A DNA stretch of 64,000 bases from an uncultured Planctomycetota bacterium (GTDB lineage: Bacteria; Planctomycetota; Planctomycetia; Gemmatales; Gemmataceae). Below, one piece after another: positions 22,993 to 32,358 of this stretch (position 1 is the first letter of the stretch; each line of letters begins with the position of its first letter). The stretch covers positions 288,001 through 352,000 of the forward strand of contig CAWKHF010000009.1 of assembly GCA_963849325.1 (NCBI GenBank). The letters run 5' to 3'. The notes below the pieces were generated by a model. That model was not told the origin of the DNA. It worked only from the letters and a program-made list of their open reading frames with translations, and searched no databases. The position numbers and the translations under genes were made by a program.

Positions 22993-25900
22993 CTAAGACT
23001 TCTTCAACTCGGCCAACCGTTTGCGTGCGGCCTCGGCGCAATCGCTCTCGGGATGATCGCGGAGGACGCGCTCCAGCAGCTTGATGGCCTGGTCCGGCTG
23101 CTTGTTCTCGGCGAAGGCGCGGGCGGCTTCGACCAGGGCCAGCGCACTGAGATGAGGGTAATCGTAGGTGAAGGGCACCACCAGCAAGGCGTTGCCGGCC
23201 TCGGCGTAGCGCTTCTGGGCCAGCCGGCACAGACCGATATTCAGCTGCGCTCGCGCCGCTAACTCGGTCGCCACGTTGTTGACGACCTGCTTGTAGGCGT
23301 TCACCGCGTTATCGTACTGGCCCTGGTTCTGGTAGGCCCAGCCGATGCCGTAGCGGGCATCGTGGGTCCAACGACCGTTGCCGAAACGATGGACCACCTG
23401 TTCGTAGGCGTGCCGGCTAGCGTCCCACTGTTTGAGCTGGCCCAAAGCGTAGCCCAGGCGCAGCAGTGCCCGATCCGTGAGGCCGGGGAGGTTCTGCAAC
23501 GGACCCTGATCGCGGAAGGCGGTGAACTGTTTGACGGCCTTGTCGGCTGCGCCCAGTTGCAGATAGCACTCGCCGGCACGGTACTTCGCCTGGGCGGCCA
23601 TGGCGCTTTTGGCGTTGGCGGCGATCGGCTCGAACTGGGCGAGGGCGGCCTTGGCGTCGCCCTTTCGCAGCAGACAATCGCCCAGGCGAACGCGAATCTT
23701 GTCGGTCAACTCGGGCGACGGCTCCTTGTCCAGTGCGTCGCGCAGCAGCTTCACGGCCGCGTCGTGCTCGCCGCGCTCGCCGAGGAGTTCGGCCAACTCG
23801 AAACGAGCGTCGGCGTTGATGGCCGCGTCGGGGAAGGCCTCGATGAGCGCTTGATAGTGCTTCCGCGCCTGGCCCTCGGCGGGTTGCAGAGGCACCATCT
23901 GGAGCGGCACTTCCGGGGCGGCGACGTAGGACGGCTGCCGTCCCGGCGGCGTCTTCCGGGCCGCCTCGTCGCGCTGCTTCTGCCACAGGTCATGGCGTAT
24001 CTGGCGACGGGCCGCTTCGACTTCCTGCTCGGCGAGAACGCGACTGCCCCAGGCGGCTTCGTACAACAGGCGGGCCCGCGCCTCGGAGTCCGGCTGCTTC
24101 TGCCGCAACTGCTCGGCCTGGGCGAGGAAATACTGCACGGCGTCGCGCACGTCCTTTATGCCTTCGTCGAGCATCTTCTGGGCGGCCGTTTGCTCGGCCG
24201 GTCGGAGATTCGGCTGGCCGAGGCGCTTCCTCGCCTCGACGATTTTCTGTCGGCCGTCGTCCTTGAGACACTGACCGGCGCGCAAGGCGGCGTCGGCCGC
24301 CTCGGGAAGTCCGGCCGACTGCTTCACCACGAGGATCGAGAATGTCCCGGGCTTCGCGGCGTCTGCCCGCTTCGCGGAGGGCGACACCGTGATGGTATTG
24401 CAGCAGAGGCACCCAAACGGCGCGGGCGGGATCCTTGAGCAAGTTCTGTTCGTGCTGCTCTCGGCACTGCGCCAGAACCTTGACGGCCTCCTGCGGATTA
24501 TTCTGGCCGCGGAGCAGCGTGGCCAGATGCAGCAGGGCCATCGGCGCGATGCGGGTGTTTTTGAGAGGATCGTTGAGGAAACGCCGCAGTTCGTTGATTG
24601 CTCCGTTGACGTCCCGGGAGCGAGCGAGCACCTTGGCGCGCTCGAAGCGAGCCTGCGGCTGCAGCGCATCTTTCGGGAAGCGCTGCAAGATCTGCTCGTA
24701 AGCGGCGCGGGCGGCGGCGAGCGCCTTCGCCTGATCGGGCGGTTGCGCCAGCAAGCCGGCCAAACGCTGCTGGCAGTGACCGAGCTTGAACAGGGCGTCG
24801 GCGGTCTGCGGGCCGTTCGGCTGGCTGCCGGCGAAGCCCTCCAGCAGTTCGATGGCGGTCTTGAGCTGTTCTTCCAGCTTGCCGGCCGCGAGGGCGTCGT
24901 CGGCCTTCGCCGGCGCCTGGCGGATGAGGATGTCGGCGAGCTGATAGGAGACGAGGGCGAGATCGCCGTTGCGGTCGGCGGCGGGGATCGCTTCCAACTT
25001 CTCCTTCGCCTTGTCCAGATCGCCCTTGCGGTAATAGGCCATGCCCAGGCCATAACGGGCCAGGTTGGCCTGAGCGAACTCGGGATACTTTTCGACGACG
25101 ACCTGGTAGCGCTTGATCGTCTCGTCGCGCCAGCGTGCCGTCTCGCGGGTCCGGTCGGCGGGATTGGGCATCTTCTCGGCGGCGAGCGCCTGGAAATAGG
25201 CGTTCTCGGCGTGGCGGAACAGGACGGCCGGCAGTAGCACGCTCTTGGGATGGGCTTCGCGGAAGCGAGCGCACACCTTGTCGGATTCGTTGTAATCGCC
25301 GGCGAGGTGCTAGGCGGTCGCCAGGTGCTGCAACACTTCCTCTTCGCGCTGCGGCAGCAGTTTGTCGTTGAGGATCAGGTTGTAGGTGGCGGCCGACTCC
25401 TTGTGCTGGCGGGCCAGCTGTTGCGTGTCGGCCATCTCCAGCAGGATCTCGCCGCGGCGCGTCCGGGCGCCGGGATCGGTGTTGGTCAGCTGGCCGGCGC
25501 GCTCGGCGGCCTTGCGGAAAGTGTCCAGCGCGGTCTTCAGCGCCTGATCATACGCGGCGCGGTTGGCTGGATCGGCGGCGCCGGCCTGCGCCTTGGCGAT
25601 CCACAGCAAGGCCTGGTCGGCCAGGCGCGGCTCCTTCTCCGCCAACGGTTGCAGCGTCTTCTGCGCCTCGGCGAACTGCCGGAGCTGCACCTGACAGAAA
25701 CCGAGACGAAGCTTCGCCTCGGCGGCGAGCGGCGAAATGGGGAACTGCTGGACGAAAGCGTTCAACTGGGTCACCGCCTCGGCGAATTTGCCGTCCTCGT
25801 ACTGCATCACGCCCAGGAAGAACGTGGCGCGGGCGACGTGGTCGGGCAGCGGGCCGCGCACCAGCCGTTCGAGACGGGCCTTCTCTTGCGGGTCGTTCTT

Positions 25901-26822
25901 GAAACGCTCGGAGTGCTTGAGTTCCTCGGCGGCGGCCTGCTTGTGCTTGTTGTGATCGGCCAGGACGCCCTCGTATTGGCCGAGCGCTTCCTGCCGTTCG
26001 CCGACGGCGTGGTGGACGCGGGCCAGCAGGTAACGGGCATGAGTGCCGAATACCGGATCGGAAAAGGGGGTCAAAAGACTGAGCGACCGGCCGGCGGCGA
26101 GATTGTCCTTGAGCAGGAAGCAGGCGAAGCCGTGATAGTACAGCCCCAGGCCGCGATAGCGGCTCTTGCGGAGTTGGCCATCGCGCAAAAACGGGGCGGC
26201 GACGCTTTGCGCTTCCTTCGTCCGGTGCAAGCGCAACAACATCTCCGCCCGATCGCAGCGGCGCGGGCAGCCCACTCCAGTTCGATCGACGTCTCCTTCG
26301 GAGGCGGCTCGGTCTTCGGGATGCGCTCGGTGAACGCCGTCACGGCGGCGGCGAAATGTTTGCTCGCTTCCTCAAAACGTTGCTGTGCGGCGTTGCGGTG
26401 CTGGTTGGCTTCCGCCGGTCTGGCGGCGGCCTGCGCCAGGGCTTGCGTGCCGAGACCTCGTTGGGACAGGCCGAGGTAATACAGCACGAACGGATGTTCC
26501 GGCAGGTTCCGGTCACCGGCGAGGGGCTGGAGTTGTTGAATCGCCCCCTTGTAATCCTTGCCCGGCCCGTCGATCAGAGACAGGGCGAGTCCGTAACGAG
26601 CCGCGTTCGCCTCTTTGCGGTTGCCGAATTTGGACAGGAATTCGCGGAAGCGCTCGGCGGCGAAGGGATAGTTCTTCTCGTTGTAGGCGCGGCGGCGCTG
26701 CCCAGCAGCAGAGCGGCGGCCTGGTCCGGCGGCATCTGGGCGGCCAGCGGCGCCACTCCCGAAAGGACGGCAGCCACGGCCAACGCCGCGGCGGAGAAAG
26801 AACGTGTCGATCGACTATTCAT
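22993..26822 (-). CDS. Giant secreted TPR-repeat protein (CpoB/BamD-like repeats, about 1270 aa); several frameshifts and one in-frame TAG at 25310-25312
   Basis: Signal peptide at 26822; continuous TPR repeats spread over the 26574, 26071, 25310, 23990 and 22993 ORFs. Confidence 0.8.
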
Positions 26823-27516
26823 GGCGGGTTCCCCCCGAAGACCTTGCGGTCGTGTGGCATGAACAAGACGAGCGTCCGGCCCGGAGGAGGCGAAACACCA
26901 CCTCGGAAAGCCGCGAACGGGTGCGGTACTTTTCCGTCGAGCGCTCGATTCCCTTGGGCGAGGACGGCGTGGACAAGAAGCAGAACGTCAAATCCCGCGG
27001 ACGCCATGCGGGGAGCCGTCGGAGGTCATGAGTGGGGGTGTGACTTTCCCCAGGCTCCCGAAGGTCGGGTCGTTGGCGGCCGCGTCATGGCGGCCCGACC
27101 CGTTCACGGTACGGATCAAAGAGTGATCCTATCAACAGCGGTAGCACTCTTCGCATCTCCGCCCTATTGTGTATGGACGGTGGGGAGGTCGTCAACGAAA
27201 AAAGAAAATCATTCGGCGGACGGCAGGTGCCGGCGCAGGTGCTTGAGGCCGCGACGGAGCAGCCTTGGTCCATCAGCCGGTCTTCGGCGGAAGAATCGAC
27301 ATCCTCGACCTAACTCTTGACGGGCTGGGTAGGCAGGGTAATATGGATGCTTCCTTCCAGGAGCATCGATTATACGATAGATTGTCTCACAACTCGGTGG
27401 TTCGTTCCAGCCGGAACGGTGTCTGGAATCCCAGGAGACCCGGCGCGGGACTATGGGTCTGTGATCGAGGCACACAAAGGGGTCTGCCGCCAGCCCCGCA
27501 TCCGAAGAGGACAGCC

Positions 27517-28224
27517 ATGCCGATTGCCGTCGTTTGTCCCGCCTGCAAGGCCAAACTGAAAGCGCCCGATTCCTTGCTCGGCAAGACGGTCAAATGTCCC
27601 GGCTGCGCCAAGCCCGTGCTGGTGAAGGCTGCAACGCCAGCCCCCGCGCCGGCCGCCAAGAAGCCGGTGAAACAGCCGGTCAAGCCGCCTGAGCCGGATG
27701 TCCTCGACGATGAGCCGGTCGAGGAAGTCCCACCCGCCGAGGACGAGGTGGTAGCGCGACCCCGGAAAAAACCTCGGCGTGACGACGAAACTGACGGAGA
27801 AGAGGAAGCAGCCGGCGCTCCCCCGGGCGGGCCATCGACCGCCAAGGAGCGCGGCACGGCGATGTGGATTCACCTGCTGCCGCTTGTCCTCGGGTGCTGC
27901 GGCGGCATCGGCACCTTCATCTCCCTCTTTCTGTGGATTTCCAAACGGAAAGAGTCGCCGTTCATCGATCACCACGGCAAGACCTGGCTCAATTTCGTCA
28001 TCAACCTCTTTGTGGTGTTCTTCTTGCTCGCCCTTCTCTCCGGCGTACTGTCCTTCGTGGCGGGTTTGATCTCCTCGACGGTGGGAACAATCGTCAGTGG
28101 TTTGTTCGGCCTGATTATGTTCGCCCTGACCATTTATGTGCTGGTCATGTACGTCGTGCTCGGCCTGAAAGCGAAGAAGGGAGAATGGGCGGAGTATCGC
28201 GTTCTCTTCAAAGTGTTGAAATAA
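27517..28224 (+). CDS. Zinc-ribbon / DUF4870 membrane protein
   Basis: CPAC...CPGC, acidic Pro-rich linker, AMWIHL...SPFIDHHGKTWLNF...GEWAEY. Confidence 0.85.
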   Translation: MPIAVVCPACKAKLKAPDSLLGKTVKCPGCAKPVLVKAATPAPAPAAKKPVKQPVKPPEPDVLDDEPVEEVPPAEDEVVARPRKKPRRDDETDGEEEAAGAPPGGPSTAKERGTAMWIHLLPLVLGCCGGIGTFISLFLWISKRKESPFIDHHGKTWLNFVINLFVVFFLLALLSGVLSFVAGLISSTVGTIVSGLFGLIMFALTIYVLVMYVVLGLKAKKGEWAEYRVLFKVLK

Positions 28225-28292
28225 GGGTGATGCCGAGGATACGCCGCTTGCGGCTTCGCGCCCTGGCAACGCGGAACCCGCAAGCGACTGTC

Positions 28293-29530
28293 TCACTCCG
28301 TTTTGCCACGGCCTTCGAGCAAGCGATTGAGTCGTTCGTTCATTTCTTCCTCGGCGGCGGCGGACCAGGTGTAGTCGTGGTGCGGTTTGAAGCCGCCTTC
28401 ATTGGTGAACATTGCCGTCGGCGCCGGGCACAGCGACAGCACGCCCAGCGGCTGGCCGCGAATGCTCAGCTCGAAACCGGAGACCTGTTGCAGATCGGCG
28501 GCGTCGAGCGTTCCGGGAGCGACCATGGTGGGGCCGTCGGTGATAAGCACGTCTTGCTCCAGCAGTAACGGGGGGTTGACCGCCCCGGGAACCTGAGCGG
28601 TGATTTGTAAGCGGCACTGGCCGGCCATGCCGGGTTCGCCGCTGGAGACCAGAAAACAGGGGCCGACGCGCTTAGTCGTCTCCAGCGGCGGCACCTGGCG
28701 CGTCAGCCGCACGGCGTCGGGCGTGGCCTGGACGACGAAGCGCGTGTCGGAGATACGCAGCGAGCGCTGAAAGTGCCGTTGCGAGATGCCGCGCACGCGC
28801 TGACTGGCCAAAGGTCGATCGCCCAGCATCCAGGTCGCCACCCAGGTGCCGATGCGGCGCGGGTAGCGGCGCGGCACGACCGTGACCAGCGCTTGCCGGC
28901 CGCCCAGCTGCGAGCTGCACAAACTGGCCGGCACGCGCATCACCGAGCCGCCGCGCTCGCAGCGGAACTCCACCTGCAGTTCCAGATCGAGCATCGGCAC
29001 CAAGCTGGTGGGGCTGGTCAGCACCGCGCTGGCGAGCAGTCCTCGGCACTGGCTGGAGACGAACGTTTGACAGGCGACGGTCTGCGTCCCCAGGCGAACG
29101 CACAGAGTCGGCATCATCAAGCGCAGGTTTTGCAGAAAATCGTCTTTGCTCAGAAACGGCAACGTGAGCGACCCCAGCACCTTGTCGCGGCACAAAAGTT
29201 CCACGGTCACGGTTTCGCCGGGCGGCACGAGACGGAAGAAGACCGAGGAGCGCTCGTTGCCGTCCGTCCCGCTCATGCGTTCGGCCGGGACGAGGTCTTG
29301 GCCGGGCACGCGGAGTTGGAAGTCGGCCTTGCGGCGGTTCGTGCTGCGGGGGATGCGCACGGGGACTCGACGATCACCGCCTCCGCGTTCCACGGGATAG
29401 GCTGATCGTCCACCGTTCGTCCGGCTTTTTCGTAGCTGAAGCGCATGGCCTGCGTCTGGGGTCCGATGCGGTTCAGCGGCCAGAGTTCATGCATCGCCCA
29501 GTCGCGCCAGCGCTTGATCCAGGGCCACAT
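28293..29530 (-). CDS. Hypothetical ~410-aa beta-rich protein, last gene of the JAB/E2/E1 operon (frameshift near 29365; alternative start 29494)
   Basis: ORFs 29273-29530 and 28293-29393 join if one C is added to a C-run; start overlaps the E1 stop. Confidence 0.75.
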
Positions 29531-30305
29531 CGAGTTCCTCCACCGAGGAAGGAGTCGGGCGCGCCTGGCAGATCAAGCAGTCCGCCGCGCGCGGCACACG
29601 GAAACGGTAAGGTCGAAAGGCATCGTCGAACACGTCGGGCACGCGCTGCAACGTCAGCAACAGGCTGGTGAAGCCGGGCGCGTAATGGGCCGGATCGTCC
29701 AGCAGAGCGAGCGTCACCAGGGCGTGCAGCGAGGCGATGACCTGGATGGACGCCTTGCCGGCGGGGATCGTCGTCTCGTGGACGGGACCGCCGGGTTGAG
29801 AATAATCCGGCGTTGGCGACTTGTCCACGGTGACGGAGCGCTGCAAATGGCTGGCGACGCAGCCGTAGCATGGCCCGCCGGGCACGAACCAGTGTACGAA
29901 GCCACCGACCCCGCCGCTGAGCACTTCCCCGAGCGTCCACGGTTTGCCGTGACGGCGCATCAGCGCGTCCCAGTGATACTTGGCCGGCTCGTTGTCCGCC
30001 GCGCACACGCCGATGTCGGCCGTGGCGACAGCGGTCTCGATGGCCGCTTGCTGGACCGGGTCGCACAGATCGCAGGGCAGCAGATCAACCGCCAAGTCGG
30101 GACGTCTCTCGACCAGCCAGTTGCGAGCGAGGATCGCTTTGCGTTCGCCCACGGCGGACAGCGGAAACAGGTGGCGTTCGACGTTGTGGGGCTTGTACGT
30201 GTCCGGCTCGATGAGCGTGACGCGCCGGATGCGGGCATCGCGGCACACCATGTCGAGCACCGGCATCCCTCCGCTGCCCGCGCCGACCTGGATGAGATGG
30301 GCCAT
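29487..30305 (-). CDS. ThiF/MoeB/E1-family adenylyltransferase
   Basis: GAGSGG, IEPDTYKPHNVERH, KA, CAADN, two Zn-binding CxxC motifs (CYGC, CLIC); GAGGAG SD. Confidence 0.92.
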   Translation of the reverse strand: MAHLIQVGAGSGGMPVLDMVCRDARIRRVTLIEPDTYKPHNVERHLFPLSAVGERKAILARNWLVERRPDLAVDLLPCDLCDPVQQAAIETAVATADIGVCAADNEPAKYHWDALMRRHGKPWTLGEVLSGGVGGFVHWFVPGGPCYGCVASHLQRSVTVDKSPTPDYSQPGGPVHETTIPAGKASIQVIASLHALVTLALLDDPAHYAPGFTSLLLTLQRVPDVFDDAFRPYRFRVPRAADCLICQARPTPSSVEELDVALDQALARLGDA

Positions 30306-30363
30306 CCGAATCTCCTCATTCACCACAAAGATGGCCGCGCTCCGCTGCGCGTCGCGGCTAACC

Positions 30364-30789
30364 TTATTTCGCTTCCGGCAGTGGCCATTCCCCGGTTTCG
30401 TGCCACACTTCGTAGCAGGCCAGCCAGCGCCAGGCGGCTTGAATGGCGAAGATGCACGTGAAGCGTGCCGGATCCCACCGGCTGGTCGCTCGGGTGCTGC
30501 CCTGTCGCCACAGGCACAGGGTCTGGCCTTCGAGCAAGTGCGGACAATGCTTCAGCGCCGTCAGAACCCGTGTCTCCGGCGGGACGGTTGGATAACTGGA
30601 GACCAAGCGCGTTTCCAACTGGTAAAGGTTGTGACACGGTTTGAGGCAATAGCGCAACACCAGCGTGCCGCCCAGTCGGCTGAGACGGATCTGGAAGGCC
30701 GGCTCACGCCCTTCGTTGTAGCGCTCGATGACCGGAATCTCGACGCTGAGCAAGCGCCGCTTGCCGGCCTCGCTGTCGAGAAGGCTCAT
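30364..30789 (-). CDS. E2/UBC-fold ubiquitin-conjugating-like protein
   Basis: YPTVPPETRV (cf. YP..PP.V.F), CPHLLEGQTLCL (cf. HPNI...G.ICL; Cys codon 30514-30516), WDP followed by a helix. Confidence 0.8.
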   Translation of the reverse strand: MSLLDSEAGKRRLLSVEIPVIERYNEGREPAFQIRLSRLGGTLVLRYCLKPCHNLYQLETRLVSSYPTVPPETRVLTALKHCPHLLEGQTLCLWRQGSTRATSRWDPARFTCIFAIQAAWRWLACYEVWHETGEWPLPEAK

Positions 30790-30800
30790 AAGCAAGGGAT

Positions 30801-30855
30801 GACGGGCGATTGATGATTGATGATTGCAGGGCCAATCATCAATCATCAATCGTCC
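30801..30855. repeat. Inverted heptamer repeat (GATTGAT)n...(ATCAATC)n
   Basis: Read directly, between the small-protein and E2 genes. Confidence 0.8.
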
Positions 30856-30861
30856 ATTCAT

Positions 30862-31044
30862 TTAATAGTGACACGGGACCGATTTGATGGCGGAAATCAC
30901 CTCTTCGTCGGTCACTTCGTCGGCGGTGCCGAGGAAGCTGGTGTCGCGGCGGTCCATGAGGATGGCGCGATCACTTTCGGCGTTGCCCCGCAGGGCGTTA
31001 ATCAGCTGCCGCCGTTCGGTGTCGTTCAGGGGACGGAAGTCCAT
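30862..31044 (-). CDS. 60-aa small protein, candidate ubiquitin-like modifier or substrate
   Basis: Strong AAGGAG SD; sits between JAB and E2; C-terminus DEVTDEEVISAIKSVPCHY. Confidence 0.7.
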   Translation of the reverse strand: MDFRPLNDTERRQLINALRGNAESDRAILMDRRDTSFLGTADEVTDEEVISAIKSVPCHY

Positions 31045-31133
31045 GGACAGTTCTCCTTCCAGTTCAACCCTCCCCTCCGCGAACGGAGGGGTTTTCGAGA
31101 TACGGCCGGTCCCGCGACCGACCATGCACACAC

Positions 31134-32089
31134 TCACGCTCGGGCCGCCAATTCCGCGAGCAACAGGTAAACGCCTCGGTCCACGCACTCCTCATGGTGC
31201 TGGACTTCGAGCAGTTCCCCGCGCCGGAGGAGATAGTAGCGCACCTCCTTGGGCCTCACCAACACCTGGACGGCATCGCCCGGTTCGGCGAGCGGCAACG
31301 TGAGGACCAATCCCGGACCCCACTTGTCGCACACGACCTCGAAGCGCATTCCCGACTGCTGGCGGAACAGACGATCGATGCGCTCGGCATGGAACTCCAA
31401 CGTCGTCCAGATGTCATGCAACGAACGTGCCAGATCCGGACCGATGGTCAGTTCCACGGGCAAGGGATGATAAGTGCCATCGCCCTGCCGCAGCGAGTAC
31501 CAGGAGAAGCGCAGGCCGCCCAGGCATTGCACGTGCGGGCGCGGCTGATAGGCGAACAATCCGCCGCTATGGTCCGCGCCGTCGGCGGTGCCGATGCCGA
31601 AGACACCCTCCTTGCCGCGCAGGTTGACGACCCATTGGCCGTCGCCGCGCAGGTCCCCATCGCTGGGGTGGCGCAGGAGCCCGGATGGGTATGCACCACG
31701 CCGAGAATGGTCAGCCGGCGATCCGTCTGCCGAATGATGCGGCTGGCCAGCGCCTGGGCATTGCTGTTGAAACGAACGTGGGCGACACTGGCGTCGCGTT
31801 TGGCGCCGGCCGGCAACGTGGCCAGGACCACCGCCTCGTGCGCCTCGCGCAGCCCGAGCAATACCCAGCCCGTCTCCTCCTCGCCGCGCGCCTCGGAGCG
31901 ATGGCCGGCAAACTCCTCGAACAGCGTGCGACCGACACCATCCGTCAGCAGCACGCGCTCCAGCGGCGCGTAGGTGATGAGGGCCGATGTTGGAGGAGCG
32001 GCAGGCGTCGGCGAAGGGCGAGGCCGGTGCCACGAACGCTGAAGATCGTTGAGCAACCGAGTCGCCCTGCCTACCAGAACCTGCAACAT
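31134..32089 (-). CDS. JAB/MPN+/JAMM metallo-isopeptidase with a C-terminal domain of unknown fold (frameshift near 31677)
   Basis: EETGWVLLG catalytic Glu; restoring one C gives HTHPGSLRHPSDGD, an exact HxHx7SxxD motif. Confidence 0.9.
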
Positions 32090-32275
32090 GTTCCGCGTCC
32101 ACTCCACAAGGACGGCTGCGGTGGGCGGTCCCGACCCGCATCGGCAAGGGAGAGTTTCGGTACGGGCCTGAGATGGCGGGCCAACCGAACGACCGTTCCT
32201 CCTCCCTTCCTCCCCATCATCATAACCAGCCGGCACGGCAGAGTCAAAAGAGGAACCGCCCGGCGAATGGGAGAG

Positions 32276-32358
32276 GGGTCCATTGTTTAGCCGCGACGCG
32301 CAGCGGAGCGCGAGAACGACTCGCGCTCCGCTGCGCGTCGCGGCTAAACAATGGACCC
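32276..32358. repeat. REP-like palindrome, family A (perfect ~38-bp arms)
   Basis: GGGTCCATTGTTTAGCCGCGACGCGCAGCGGAGCGCGAG...CTCGCGCTCCGCTGCGCGTCGCGGCTAAACAATGGACCC; contains the GH3 stop codon. Confidence 0.9.

Noticed and set aside
25310-25312. Pyrrolysine recoding of the in-frame TAG
   Set aside because: No pyl genes in the window, the host protein is a non-enzymatic TPR, and one substitution from a Leu codon explains it.
26823-27516. 700-nt gap as an RNA gene or hidden CDS
   Set aside because: No tRNA, rRNA or riboswitch signature recognised and the short ORFs lack motifs; most likely divergent promoters.
29487-30305. Ordinary thiF/moeB of thiamine or molybdopterin synthesis
   Set aside because: No thiS/thiG/moaD/moaE or rhodanese nearby; the neighbours are an E2-like protein and a JAB.
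28293-32089. CBASS or Pycsar type II locus
   Set aside because: No nucleotidyltransferase or cyclase motif and no recognisable effector; E1 and E2 are not fused as in Cap2.
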